Source of the DNA: Sediminibacterium sp. UBA657
GTDB taxonomy: Bacteria; Bacteroidota; Bacteroidia; Chitinophagales; Chitinophagaceae
Assembly (NCBI GenBank): GCA_002299885.1
Contig: DBOB01000022.1
Coordinates: 1,896-65,895, forward strand
Length of the DNA stretch: 64,000 nt
Direction: 5' to 3'
Below, piece by piece: positions 1 through 10,021 of this stretch (position 1 is its first letter; each line of letters starts with the position of its first letter). The notes beneath the pieces are model-generated. The model was not told where the DNA came from and ran no database searches. It saw nothing but the letters and a program-made list of their open reading frames with translations. The position numbers were made by a program, and so were the translations under genes.

Positions 1-286
1 CTTTCATAAACAATTCATCTTCACGCTTTTTTCTCAAATCTTCGGACAACATAAACTGCTCCGCTTCATAGTTCTTGTACATTTTGTCCAAGATCATTTG
101 TTGCTCATCAATTTCTTGTTGCCACTGATCACCTAAGGCTTTTAATTTTTTATCTGCTTCCTTGTATTCAGGAATTTTGTCTAAAATATACTTCGTATTG
201 ATTACTGCATATTTTGATTGTGCTTCTGCAGTAAAGGATAAGCTAAGGAGTAAAGCACCCAATAAAAACAATTTGATATATTTCAT
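1..286 (-). CDS. OmpH/Skp-family periplasmic chaperone, N-terminal part (gene runs off the window start)
   Basis: Not in ORF track because truncated. Own translation from ATG at 286-284: MKYIKLFLLGALLLSLSFTAEAQSKYAVINTKYILDKIPEYKEADKKLKALGDQWQQEIDEQQMILDKMYKNYEAEQ... Signal peptide followed by K/E/Q-rich coiled coil. Sits directly downstream of bamA. Confidence 0.75.
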   Translation of the reverse strand, partial: MKYIKLFLLGALLLSLSFTAEAQSKYAVINTKYILDKIPEYKEADKKLKALGDQWQQEIDEQQMILDKMYKNYEAEQFMLSEDLRKKREDELFMK

Positions 287-320
287 AATCTAGGTATTTA
301 TTTTTGGTAATGGAGTGATT

Positions 321-3059
321 TTATTCTGGTTCAAATCCTAACATAAATGTAAATCTAGCTGCATCCTTCAATGAATTGGTTCCGTTTAAACGATCTAGAC
401 CAATACCATAATCAAATCCAAGCAAACCAAACATCGGAAGGAAGAAACGCATACCCACACCAACTGATCTTCTTAGATTAAATGGATTGTACTCTTTCAT
501 ACTATACCATCCATTGGCTGCTTCAAAAAAGCCCAAAGCATAAATGGTGCTACTTGCAGCCAAACTTAATGGGTATCTAAGTTCAACAGCATACTTATTG
601 AAAATGGTAAACTTCTGTCTTGAAGATTGTTGATCAGGATTGATTTTTGGATTAGAGGATTCATATACTGGATAACCTCTTTGTGCAATGATATCAAAAC
701 CTAATAATGCAAACTGATTACTTAAACCTGCATCTCCCACTTGGAATCGCTCGAATGGAGAAATCGCTAATTCTGAATTATACCTTCCTACAAAACCATA
801 TTTAGCTGCAAACTTCAACACAAATTGTTTATTACGATCTTCTCCTGCTGGCTTACCTAATGGCACAAACCACTCTCCATTAAAACGCCACTTATGGTAT
901 TCTAATAATTCATATGGATTCTGTTTATATGCAAAATTAGGATCGAACAAAGAATAAGGAGGTGTCAATTGACCACTCAATAAAAATGTAGAACCTGTTC
1001 TTGGGAACAAAGGTTGATCGACCGAAGTTCTTTGTAATGCAATTCTGAAGTTTAAATTATTTACAATACCATTATCAAAATTAGGCAGATTGAAAGGATC
1101 AATTGCATAGTTCTTTAAGGTATAACGCGTATAGTTTAATCCCATACTTAAAGAGAAAAAGTCATCTGGCCAAGCCAATTGACGACCAAAAGAAACCGTA
1201 GCACCAGTAGTCGAAATATACCTTGAATCAGCCGCATTAGGATCAAACATCCCTGTCAATTGATCAAAGGTTTGTCCAAATTTTGTATTGTATACACTTA
1301 CTGTTAAAGAATTACGCTTGATACCACCAAACCAAGGTTCAGTGAATGAGAAGTTAGTTGATCTAAATGCTTTACCATTACTTTGAAAACGAAGACTTAA
1401 TTTCTGTCCATCTCCCATTGGCAATGGATCCCAGGCCGATTTTTTGAAAATATTTTTAGAAGAGAAATTATTAAAAGTCACCCCTAAAGTTCCCGTTAAG
1501 CCAATAAAACCTCCCCATCCAGCACTCAATTCTAATTGATCACTAGACTTTTCTTCTACTCCATAATTGATATCCACTGTTCCATCTTCAGGATTAGGAA
1601 TGGGATCGATTTTGATTTTTTCTTGGTCAAAATAATTTAATTGAGAAATCTCACGTTGAGAACGAATCAATAATGAACGGCTAAATTTATCACCCGGCAC
1701 TGTTCTGATTTCTCGACGAATTACAAAATCTTTTGTCTTCTCGTTACCAGCAATTCGAATGGTCTTGATGGTTGCTTGAGGACCTTCTTGAATTCTTACT
1801 TCAAAATCGATTGTGTCATTGTATACAGCTGTCTCAATTGGATTGATACTAAAAAATAAATAACCATCATCTTGGTAAATACCACTGATATCTCCACCTT
1901 CTGCGGTAGGTGTTTTACCTAATTTATTAAAAAAGATTTCTCTATTATAGATATCTCCTTTTTTAATATTCAGTATACTAGACAAGACTGAATCAGGATA
2001 TTTTGTATTACCTCTCCAGGTAATATTACCAAAGAAATACTTTCGTCCTTCTTTGATTTGCATATCAATATTTAAATGCCCAACTGCGTTATGATATATT
2101 GTATCTTTTTCAATCACTGCATCTCTAAATCCTAAAGAGTTATAGTAGTTCAATAAGTTGTCCTTACTCTCGTCGTATTTTTTAATGTCATACTTAGAGG
2201 ACGAGAATCCAATTCTTACGTATGGATTTAATATTTTTTTTGTTTTTGAAAACGTCAAGTAACCACGCTCTTTTAAATATTGTTCAAAAGTGTAAGGCGT
2301 TGTCTTTACAATGGCAGGCTTATCATTAACTGGAAACAAGGTTAAGCGAGATTTTTCGTGAATCTCTTTTAAACTTTTCTTTAGTTTAGTCTCATCAACT
2401 AAGTTGCCTCCAAAATTGATATTATTAATTCTAACTTTTGGTCCTTTGGTTACAATAAAATCAAGCACCAATTGATTTTTACGAATTGAATCTTTTGTTT
2501 CTTTGATTCGGACACTCGCATCTTGAAAACCTTTTTCTGCATAGAATTTTTTAATGCCTTCAATCGCAGTGATGCGCATATTATCAGTCACGACTCTATT
2601 GGGTGTCAAACCTGTTTTTCCAGAAAGTTCTTCGGTCTCCGATTTTTTGATACCTGTGAAATTAAAACGTGCCAATCTTGGCCTTTCTACTACATTGATT
2701 TCTACATCAATTTCATTTCCTTTCACATCTGTCAAATAAACACTTACATCACTAAAATAATTTTGATCCATTAATTTACGAATGGCTTTCGCAAAATTAT
2801 CGCCCCCAGGCAAAGCCACTTCATCTCCCTCGTTCAGGGTGGACAATGAAAGCAATAAGTTTTCGTCAAAGAATTGGTTACCAACTACTTTAACAGAACG
2901 AATCTTATACTTAGAAGGTGTTTTTTGATTCAAAATACCCAGCAACTTAACATTGATCTGGCTAACCGAGTCCTGCCCTTTTTGGTCTTGGGCAAAACTA
3001 GAAGTGGATAAGATAAGCAAGGATAGTATTCCTATAGTAAACTGGGTCAATTTCTGCAT
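321..3059 (-). CDS. bamA: Outer membrane protein assembly factor BamA
   Basis: 912 aa. Signal peptide, repeated POTRA-like modules in the N-terminal half, C-terminal beta-barrel rich in alternating aromatic/glycine strands. Conserved uppS-bamA-skp synteny. Confidence 0.9.
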   Translation of the reverse strand: MQKLTQFTIGILSLLILSTSSFAQDQKGQDSVSQINVKLLGILNQKTPSKYKIRSVKVVGNQFFDENLLLSLSTLNEGDEVALPGGDNFAKAIRKLMDQNYFSDVSVYLTDVKGNEIDVEINVVERPRLARFNFTGIKKSETEELSGKTGLTPNRVVTDNMRITAIEGIKKFYAEKGFQDASVRIKETKDSIRKNQLVLDFIVTKGPKVRINNINFGGNLVDETKLKKSLKEIHEKSRLTLFPVNDKPAIVKTTPYTFEQYLKERGYLTFSKTKKILNPYVRIGFSSSKYDIKKYDESKDNLLNYYNSLGFRDAVIEKDTIYHNAVGHLNIDMQIKEGRKYFFGNITWRGNTKYPDSVLSSILNIKKGDIYNREIFFNKLGKTPTAEGGDISGIYQDDGYLFFSINPIETAVYNDTIDFEVRIQEGPQATIKTIRIAGNEKTKDFVIRREIRTVPGDKFSRSLLIRSQREISQLNYFDQEKIKIDPIPNPEDGTVDINYGVEEKSSDQLELSAGWGGFIGLTGTLGVTFNNFSSKNIFKKSAWDPLPMGDGQKLSLRFQSNGKAFRSTNFSFTEPWFGGIKRNSLTVSVYNTKFGQTFDQLTGMFDPNAADSRYISTTGATVSFGRQLAWPDDFFSLSMGLNYTRYTLKNYAIDPFNLPNFDNGIVNNLNFRIALQRTSVDQPLFPRTGSTFLLSGQLTPPYSLFDPNFAYKQNPYELLEYHKWRFNGEWFVPLGKPAGEDRNKQFVLKFAAKYGFVGRYNSELAISPFERFQVGDAGLSNQFALLGFDIIAQRGYPVYESSNPKINPDQQSSRQKFTIFNKYAVELRYPLSLAASSTIYALGFFEAANGWYSMKEYNPFNLRRSVGVGMRFFLPMFGLLGFDYGIGLDRLNGTNSLKDAARFTFMLGFEPE

Positions 3060-3157
3060 CTGCTGGTGGGGCTATATATGTATAATTTATAAGAGGCGCA
3101 AATTACTCGTAATATTTCAAAGTCTTTGTTAAAAAGCCAAAAAAACACATGAAAATT

Positions 3158-3898
3158 CTATGTATTTAGGTTGATTTGGGCACTTGTTTTACCAAATCGG
3201 CGTTCTCGGGACTGATAATCCAAAATAGCTGCTATAAACGCCTCTTTTCCAAAAGCAGGCCAACGGGTTTCTGTAAAATAAAGCTCTGCATAAGCCAATT
3301 GAAAGAGCAGAAAATTGCTAATTCGGTGCTCTCCACTAGTTCTAATCATGAGCTCGGGGTCTGGAAAGGCCTTGGTAGATAAGGCTTGTACAAAATGGGT
3401 TTCATCTATCTGTGTTGGGTCTAATTGGCCTGCCTTAACTTGCTCTCCAAGAGACTTAGTAGCTTGAATGATTTCCCATCTACTACTATAACTTAATGCA
3501 ATAACTAATTGTAAACCAGTATTTTGTGCGGTTATCTGTGTTGCACTTGCAAGGGCTTGTCTTGCTTCATCTGGCAATAAATCTAAGTTCCCTATAAAAT
3601 GTAGTCTAATGTTATTTTGATGTAAATCTGGTACTTCCTTGCTGATCGTATCCACAAAAAGCGACATCAAACCCAGTACTTCGGCCTGTGGTCGATCCCA
3701 ATTCTCTGTACTAAATGCATATAAAGTGAGGTACTGGATGCCTATTTCAGTGGCCGCCTCTACGACTTTACGAACACTAATCACACCATGATAATGACCA
3801 TATAAACGATCCTGCCCCTGCTCCTCGGCCCACCTGCCATTCCCGTCCATAATGATGGCAATATGTTTTGGCAGCCTTTGTAAGTCCAAATTTTCCAT
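3158..3898 (-). CDS. uppS: Isoprenyl transferase / undecaprenyl diphosphate synthase
   Basis: HIAIIMDGNGRWA and RTSGEHRISNFLLFQLAYAELYF cis-prenyltransferase signatures. Confidence 0.93.
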   Translation of the reverse strand: MENLDLQRLPKHIAIIMDGNGRWAEEQGQDRLYGHYHGVISVRKVVEAATEIGIQYLTLYAFSTENWDRPQAEVLGLMSLFVDTISKEVPDLHQNNIRLHFIGNLDLLPDEARQALASATQITAQNTGLQLVIALSYSSRWEIIQATKSLGEQVKAGQLDPTQIDETHFVQALSTKAFPDPELMIRTSGEHRISNFLLFQLAYAELYFTETRWPAFGKEAFIAAILDYQSRERRFGKTSAQINLNT

Positions 3899-3902
3899 GT
3901 TG

Positions 3903-3910
3903 CAAAAATA
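3903..3910 (-). promoter_or_regulatory. Bacteroidota -7 promoter box TATTTTTG, 4 nt from uppS ATG
   Basis: Minus strand reads TATTTTTG-CAAC-ATG. Perfect TAnnTTTG. Confidence 0.45.
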
Positions 3911-3924
3911 AGAAAATCAACAGG

Positions 3925-4854
3925 TTATTTACGCTTAAATTTAAGTCTGCTAAAGAATCCAGGCTTATTTTGGTTGGACTGCTTGTCTTTCAAACTAGAC
4001 AATTTTGACCTTTTACTACCGGGTTTCCCCTTTGCAGGTCCGTATATTTTTATCAAATTATAAGAGACTCCAGCTTTGACAGAGAAAAATTGATCTTTTC
4101 CGGAGCGACTTCCTTGGTATCTATTGATAAAACTACCCGCCCCAATTCTTTCTTCATCAAAGGATCCGCCAATCATAAATTGACTTGCAGCTTCATTTTT
4201 TTGTCTTTGCTCTAACATTTGACCGTCAGGAAAGAAATCCAGTTCATCAGATAATGTAAATCGATACATTGCTTCTCCAAAAACATTCCATCGTCTTGAC
4301 AAATTAAATTTAAAACCAATTTGTATTGGAAAATGAATAATCCCTTTTCTTGCACCAAGGCTTGGAAAAACAACAGAGTCAATTTTTAAGGGGCGAAGTA
4401 AGGTACTTAGACTATCTATTCCAATATTGGAAGTTTTTGCTTCTAAAAGATACCCAACACCAATACCTAAATAAGGTGTGAAACGATACGTTTTATTACC
4501 AGGTAAAAATCTTGTAAAATAAAACTCACTCATCAAACTGATGTCATGGAAGTTTCTTGAAAAAAAGAACCCTCTATTTTTTGCATAAATATTTTCTGAA
4601 AGGGTATCGTTGGTTCCTATTTGGATCTGCTCGTAGTTTAATCTAAAGCCTCCATAGTCATTGAATTGTTTTTTGTAATAAGCCCCAAAATTATTTTTAA
4701 ACTTTAATAAGTCTGGCGCAATATCACCTCTATAACTTGATTGCCCTCCAAATAATCCAATCTCACCTCTATTCTCTACCAATTGAAGGTGCTGTGCTTG
4801 AGCGAAATGCGTCATGCCAAACAGAAAACAAAAAATTAAAATTTGTTTTAGCAT
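3925..4854 (-). CDS. Outer-membrane beta-barrel protein of unknown function (DUF6089-like)
   Basis: Signal peptide (FAQA), alternating beta-strand pattern, basic C-terminal tail. Occupies the uppS-nadK slot where I recall a DUF6089 protein in Bacteroidota. Confidence 0.5.
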   Translation of the reverse strand: MLKQILIFCFLFGMTHFAQAQHLQLVENRGEIGLFGGQSSYRGDIAPDLLKFKNNFGAYYKKQFNDYGGFRLNYEQIQIGTNDTLSENIYAKNRGFFFSRNFHDISLMSEFYFTRFLPGNKTYRFTPYLGIGVGYLLEAKTSNIGIDSLSTLLRPLKIDSVVFPSLGARKGIIHFPIQIGFKFNLSRRWNVFGEAMYRFTLSDELDFFPDGQMLEQRQKNEAASQFMIGGSFDEERIGAGSFINRYQGSRSGKDQFFSVKAGVSYNLIKIYGPAKGKPGSKRSKLSSLKDKQSNQNKPGFFSRLKFKRK

Positions 4855-4856
4855 GT

Positions 4857-5738
4857 TTAATTTCTTTTATCGAACCCCCAAGTCAATTTTGTTCTTAATG
4901 TAGATAAGAAACTATTTTCATTCAATCTAATAAAGTGCACGCAAAATGCTTCTTTCTTAACTGCAATTTGAATACCAATTGGTACAATTTCTTTTCTTGC
5001 ATCTAATGCGCAAATTAATTCCTCGGTTCGTCCTTCAATTTCAAATGAAATCACCGAACTGTCTGGAACTACTACTGATCGTACATTTAAGTTATGTGGC
5101 GCTACTGGAGTGATGACAAAACTAGATGAGTCAGGAAATAAAATAGGACCATTGCAACTCATGTTGTAACCGGTTGAACCAGTAGGTGTAGCAATAATCA
5201 GTCCGTCTGCCCAATAGGAATTTAAAAGTTCTCCATTCAAATAAGTATGAATCTTGATCATTGGCGAAGTATCACGCTTATGAATTGCAAATTCATTTAA
5301 AGCAAATGGCGTGCCCTCAAAAATTGGCAGGTTACTATCCAAGTGCAACAATGATCTTTTATCTATCACATAAGAACGATTGACTAAAGCTTCTACCATA
5401 ATAGAAAGTTCATCTTTAGAAATCGTTGCTAAAAAACCAAGACGTCCATAATTAATACCCAATATTGGGATCAATGTATCGCCCACTAGCGTAATGGCGT
5501 CTAAGACCGTTCCATCACCCCCTAAGGAAATTAAACAATCAATATTATTATGCAAATCGGAAGAAGCTCCAAATGCAATGAGTGCATCTTTGTTAGCACC
5601 TGTAACCAAATTGAATTTTTTGATTAAATCTGCATAGATATAAATGGTGATGTCATGTTTTTGCAATTCAGCAATCAAGTCATTTAAAGACTGTTGCTGA
5701 TCCAAGTCTACACCTCTACTATAAATAGCTACATTCAT
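4857..5738 (-). CDS. nadK: NAD kinase
   Basis: SLGGDGTVLDA (GGDGT) motif and TPTGSTGYNMS motif. 293 aa. Confidence 0.92.
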   Translation of the reverse strand: MNVAIYSRGVDLDQQQSLNDLIAELQKHDITIYIYADLIKKFNLVTGANKDALIAFGASSDLHNNIDCLISLGGDGTVLDAITLVGDTLIPILGINYGRLGFLATISKDELSIMVEALVNRSYVIDKRSLLHLDSNLPIFEGTPFALNEFAIHKRDTSPMIKIHTYLNGELLNSYWADGLIIATPTGSTGYNMSCNGPILFPDSSSFVITPVAPHNLNVRSVVVPDSSVISFEIEGRTEELICALDARKEIVPIGIQIAVKKEAFCVHFIRLNENSFLSTLRTKLTWGFDKRN

Positions 5739-5742
5739 GAAA

Positions 5743-5750
5743 CAAAGTTA
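5743..5750 (-). promoter_or_regulatory. -7 promoter box TAACTTTG, 4 nt from nadK ATG; its TAA is the stop codon of the upstream gene
   Basis: Minus strand reads TAACTTTG-TTTC-ATG. Perfect TAnnTTTG. Confidence 0.4.
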
Positions 5751-7133
5751 AAAATTAATTCCCCCGTGCAAATATAATCCTTTGTCCCCCAATTGATTGA
5801 TACTATAATCAACATTTAACACAAAATCATAGATACTAATTAAATCTACTCCTATACCAGCAGTTCTTAACAAACTATTAGCCAATGGATTCGCTATACT
5901 TTTTTCCGCACTGTAGACATATCCTAATTGAGTAAATACTTTAACCCAAAATGTATATTTAACTGAAGGGAGGAACTTTTTTGTAAAAGGATTTTTCGAG
6001 GTATAAGTTCCAATTTTTTGGTGTAATGCAGCTTTAAATAAGGTGCCTGCATTGCCATCCACAACATAATAATCTAACCCATTCATTTGCATCAATCCAT
6101 AACCCATTAATTTTCGATCACTATAATTTGATTTTTGCATTGTTCTTCCAATCGTTAAAGATTCTGCAAAGATAAATCTACTGGGTGTGATAGGATGTGC
6201 TACGACCTGTCTAAATTGTATCGCAGATAAATTACTTTCTTTTGAAAATCTTTGAGATAAAGCAATTTCAGTACTTGCACCCTTGGTAGGATAGGGATTG
6301 TAATCGAAACGAACTTTTGAATAAGACCAATTAAGATCTACATAAGAAAATGATTTTTTGTGATTGGGTAATAAATTTGGAGCAATAGCATATGCTGAAT
6401 CAGAAATAGATTCATTCCCAAATCCAACTTGCAAAGCATGTCTCTCAAATAAATTAGGACGATAGGTTAAATTTGCATTCCCTCGATATCCTTCACGAAT
6501 TATATTTTCTGTTCTAAAAAAAACTTGCTTATTACCCATCGTAGCATAATTCACTTCTTTTTGATTGAACTGTGCCCAACCAAAACCCATCCCGTATTTT
6601 AATTGCTTATCAATGAAGGGCAATTGATATCGAACGATTGCTTGATGCGTATAGCCTGTAATATAGCCTACTGTTAACTTATCATTGTTTCCTGTGGCAT
6701 TGGCTTGTCTAAGATTAATACCATAATTTACGCGATCTAAACTTCTATTTTGTTCATTCCACCATTGATTAAAATTTCGATCAACCCATCTAAAATAAGG
6801 TATAGGAAAAAAATACCAACGTTCTTTTAATTGAATCTTAATTTTTGCCGAAGCACTATCAAGTAAATCAGTTGAGACAACGGTCTCTAAAAAAAGTGCT
6901 GTGTTAAATAATTGCTGTTGCGCGACAATATTGAGTGAATCGAGGTCGTTTTTTGACAATAGGTCCCCGACTTTATAAGGTAATTCTCTTTTTACAATAA
7001 AATCTCTTGTTTTTTTATTCCCTGTAATTTCTATTGCACTGATCTTAATTTGAGCATGAACTTGAGTGTATCCAATTTGACCAATCCATATAAATAGAAG
7101 GAATAAGAATTTGAAGCTGGTAGACTTAAACAT
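5748..7133 (-). CDS. Omp85/BamA-family outer membrane protein with a single POTRA domain
   Basis: Signal peptide. POTRA-like ISAIEITGNKKTRDFIVKRELPYKVGDLL. Long beta-barrel ending in an aromatic residue (GGINF). Confidence 0.75.
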   Translation of the reverse strand: MFKSTSFKFLFLLFIWIGQIGYTQVHAQIKISAIEITGNKKTRDFIVKRELPYKVGDLLSKNDLDSLNIVAQQQLFNTALFLETVVSTDLLDSASAKIKIQLKERWYFFPIPYFRWVDRNFNQWWNEQNRSLDRVNYGINLRQANATGNNDKLTVGYITGYTHQAIVRYQLPFIDKQLKYGMGFGWAQFNQKEVNYATMGNKQVFFRTENIIREGYRGNANLTYRPNLFERHALQVGFGNESISDSAYAIAPNLLPNHKKSFSYVDLNWSYSKVRFDYNPYPTKGASTEIALSQRFSKESNLSAIQFRQVVAHPITPSRFIFAESLTIGRTMQKSNYSDRKLMGYGLMQMNGLDYYVVDGNAGTLFKAALHQKIGTYTSKNPFTKKFLPSVKYTFWVKVFTQLGYVYSAEKSIANPLANSLLRTAGIGVDLISIYDFVLNVDYSINQLGDKGLYLHGGINF

Positions 7134-7785
7134 CTAAGTAATTCATTAAGTGATGGTAATGCGCTTCAATATCATTGTGCAAAGGGGTCTTACCAAAATA
7201 TTGTACAAGTTGATAATCGTAACGTTGGAAAGTTGCTATGATTGCCTGCGCTTCGTCCTTATTGATTTTTAGCGTGATAATCATCGCCCCATTTGTTTCG
7301 TCATAATAGCTATTCAACTGAACAATTTGCGCATTATTTGATTCAACTAATCTGGACATTTCAGCCAATGAATATTGGTATGGCGCAACCGAAAGCACAA
7401 TAATTGCACCCGGTACATCCACTCCTAAAAATTTAGCCAAAGCATCGTTTAAACTCTTTTGAGGAATCATTCCAATGCATTCCTGTTGTTCATTCAATAC
7501 AGGCAAAATACTCAAATGGTGTTTTGAAAATAAGTCTAAAGCTGTTAAAAAATGTGCCGTATCTAAAAGCATAATTTTTTTAAACTGATCCGATAAAACC
7601 ATTAAAGCCGAAGATGCATCTGCATCCAATAAATCTGCTTTTTGTACTAAACCTAAAAAATAATCATCCTTTACAACTGCTAATTCTTGCACATCAAAAT
7701 CCTCCATACATTGTAATGCAAAACGCACTTTATCCTCTAATTGTAGCAGGGGGAAGCCTTGCACAGTAATGGTTGCAGCTAGCAT
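7126..7785 (-). CDS. CBS domain-containing protein
   Basis: 219 aa with a CBS-pair-like N-terminal half. Conserved position next to nadK in Bacteroidota. Stop overlaps the next gene's start by 8 nt. Confidence 0.5.
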   Translation of the reverse strand: MLAATITVQGFPLLQLEDKVRFALQCMEDFDVQELAVVKDDYFLGLVQKADLLDADASSALMVLSDQFKKIMLLDTAHFLTALDLFSKHHLSILPVLNEQQECIGMIPQKSLNDALAKFLGVDVPGAIIVLSVAPYQYSLAEMSRLVESNNAQIVQLNSYYDETNGAMIITLKINKDEAQAIIATFQRYDYQLVQYFGKTPLHNDIEAHYHHLMNYLDV

Positions 7786-7790
7786 AATAA

Positions 7791-8552
7791 TTATTTAGCG
7801 TGTGCTTGTAAGAATTTTTCTAAGATTTGATTGAATGCAACTGGCACTTCCATCATTGGTGCGTGTCCACATTGATCAATAAATGCTAATTCGCTATTTG
7901 GAATTAACTTATGGAAATCTTCTGCCACAAATGGAGGAGTGACTTTGTCATTTTTACCCCAAATTAAAAGTGTAGGTACTTTGATCTGTCCCAATTCATC
8001 TCCTAAATTATGTCGAATGGCACTCTTTGCTAAAGCAATTATTTTAATGACTTTTATTCTGCTATTGGTTATTTCAAAAACTTCATCTACCAATTCTTTT
8101 GTAGCCACTGCTGGATCATAAAAAGTTTCGGCAGTCTTTGCTCTAATGTATTCGTAATCTCCTCTTTTTGGATAAGAATCACCCATAGCATTTTCAAACA
8201 AACCGCTACTACCTGTTAAAATCAAAGTTTTGATTTTTTCTGGGTGATTTAAAATATGCACCAATCCTACATGCCCACCTAAAGAATTGCCTAATAAATG
8301 AATCTGATTGTACCCCTTGTGATCAATAAATTGTTGCACATGTTTTGCTAACCCTTTTACAGTTGTATGTAAAAGATCAAGATCGTATAAAGGTAAAATA
8401 GGTACAATTACTTTATGTGTATGTTTAAAATGTTCAATGAGGTCAGAGAAATTACTCAATGCGCCAAATAAACCATGTAAAAGCATTAAAGGTTCCCCTT
8501 CTCCAACCTCCACATAATCAAATTTGCCTTCTTTTTTTATTTCGTATTCCAT
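7791..8552 (-). CDS. Alpha/beta hydrolase
   Basis: HGLFG oxyanion region, GNSLGG nucleophile elbow (GxSxG), C-terminal catalytic His (CGHAPM). Confidence 0.85.
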   Translation of the reverse strand: MEYEIKKEGKFDYVEVGEGEPLMLLHGLFGALSNFSDLIEHFKHTHKVIVPILPLYDLDLLHTTVKGLAKHVQQFIDHKGYNQIHLLGNSLGGHVGLVHILNHPEKIKTLILTGSSGLFENAMGDSYPKRGDYEYIRAKTAETFYDPAVATKELVDEVFEITNSRIKVIKIIALAKSAIRHNLGDELGQIKVPTLLIWGKNDKVTPPFVAEDFHKLIPNSELAFIDQCGHAPMMEVPVAFNQILEKFLQAHAK

Positions 8553-8612
8553 AAAATTTTTAACGATTAAGTCGTTGCTATAAAGATACTTATTTCAGAT
8601 TAAATAAACTGA

Positions 8613-9140
8613 TTATACCTTTTCTTGTAATTGATTGGAAAATTGAGCCAAAGTTTGCTTGATAAAAGGAAGCCATTCACTCAATTTAGCCATAAAATAG
8701 GGCCACCATTTGGCTAAGTAGCTGTAACTCATAGATGCGTCCATGGTGGATTTCTCAACCACCCCTAATAAACTCATAAAATAGATGAATGCGCTTAAAA
8801 TTGTACCATAAATTAAGGTATAAAGGACCATGCCTAGAAGCTTATTTAACCAACCAAGCATCAACCAATCAGCAGTTTGTTGTAAGAGACCAGTCATCCA
8901 TCTTAAAATAAGCATGACGCCAATTAAAACAATTAAGAAGGATATAAATGGAAGCCAATAAGAAGTGATCTTAGTATAAATTTTTAATTGACTTGCTACA
9001 AATCCTGCAAACTGAAAAGCAAGCACCACACCAATCATCAAGGAGAAAAAAGAAATAATAGCTTTTATCAAACCATTTCGATACCCTTGTAATAAGGCTA
9101 AAATCAGGATTGTACCTGCTAATAAATCTAACCAATTCAT
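8613..9140 (-). CDS. CvpA-family membrane protein
   Basis: 175 aa with about 4 TM segments. N-terminal NWLDLLAGTILILALLQGYRNGLIK resembles CvpA. Confidence 0.6.
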   Translation of the reverse strand: MNWLDLLAGTILILALLQGYRNGLIKAIISFFSLMIGVVLAFQFAGFVASQLKIYTKITSYWLPFISFLIVLIGVMLILRWMTGLLQQTADWLMLGWLNKLLGMVLYTLIYGTILSAFIYFMSLLGVVEKSTMDASMSYSYLAKWWPYFMAKLSEWLPFIKQTLAQFSNQLQEKV

Positions 9141-9592
9141 TAGGTTGTCAATGCATTTTTAGCAACAGCTGCAATTAATTTACCATCTGCCTTGCCCGCT
9201 AATTGTTTTGATGCTACACCCATCACTTTTCCTAAATCTTGTGGACCAGCAGCGCCTAATTCCTTTACAATAGCTTCTACAGCTGCTTTTACTTCGTCCT
9301 CTGTCATTTGAACTGGCAGAAATTTTTCGATCACTGCAATTTCTTCTGACTCTTTTTCTGCTAAATCTGCACGGTTTTGTTCTTGGAATATTGTCAATGA
9401 GTCTCTTCTTTGCTTCACTAGTTTTTGCAATAATTTCATTTCCCCATCTTCTGAAATGGCACCATTGGCACCTGGTTCAGTTTTTGCTTTGATAATTTCT
9501 GCTTTGATAGCACGAAGTCCTCTTAACAATGCCTCATCTTTATTTTTCATTGCGTCTTTCATTAAAGACATCACATCAAGTTCTAAACTCAT
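9140..9592 (-). CDS. GatB/YqeY domain-containing protein
   Basis: 150 aa, LKDAMKNKDEALLRGLRAIKAEIIKA ... EKESEEIAVIEKFLP pattern typical of YqeY. Confidence 0.8.
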   Translation of the reverse strand: MSLELDVMSLMKDAMKNKDEALLRGLRAIKAEIIKAKTEPGANGAISEDGEMKLLQKLVKQRRDSLTIFQEQNRADLAEKESEEIAVIEKFLPVQMTEDEVKAAVEAIVKELGAAGPQDLGKVMGVASKQLAGKADGKLIAAVAKNALTT

Positions 9593-9622
9593 AAGATTAT
9601 AATTTAATTTTTTTAGTACAAA

Positions 9623-9970
9623 TTATTTTGCACCCTGTTCTAATTGACTTGCTCTAAACTGATTGTAAAATGTTTTTGCAAAAGTTTTAAATGATTCGGC
9701 AAGTGCTTTGTCTTGAGTCGCTCTTAAGTAAGAATCGCTCATACCCATCAGATTTTGATAAAAAAAGTCTGCCATCTCGTCAACCATCATGTCCTTCGTC
9801 CATAAGTCTATGCGTAAGGCAGTTTTGTCTGTTGGATCCCAGAATGTCAACATCATTGCCCTTGCAGCCTGTGCTTCATGAGCTGTACTATCGGTGGCTG
9901 ACCAGTCGATGGATTGGGGTATTTTTTGTTCGTCTAATTGAATTTTTACCTGAATGGTTGATTCGTGCAT
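9623..9970 (-). CDS. gldC: Gliding motility protein GldC
   Basis: 115 aa. SIDWSATDS...MMLTFWDPTDKTALRIDLWTKDMMVDEMADFFYQ matches my recollection of GldC. Confidence 0.7.
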   Translation of the reverse strand: MHESTIQVKIQLDEQKIPQSIDWSATDSTAHEAQAARAMMLTFWDPTDKTALRIDLWTKDMMVDEMADFFYQNLMGMSDSYLRATQDKALAESFKTFAKTFYNQFRASQLEQGAK

Positions 9971-9987
9971 AGCTTAAAATTGTGCCA

Positions 9988-10003
9988 CAAAAATACAAAA
10001 ATA
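9988..10003 (-). promoter_or_regulatory. Tandem duplicated -7 boxes (TATTTTTG TATTTTTG) upstream of gldC
   Basis: Plus strand reads CAAAAATACAAAAATA. The boxes lie 17 and 25 nt upstream of the gldC ATG. Confidence 0.4.
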
Positions 10004-10021
10004 TTGGCGAATAAGGCCAAC

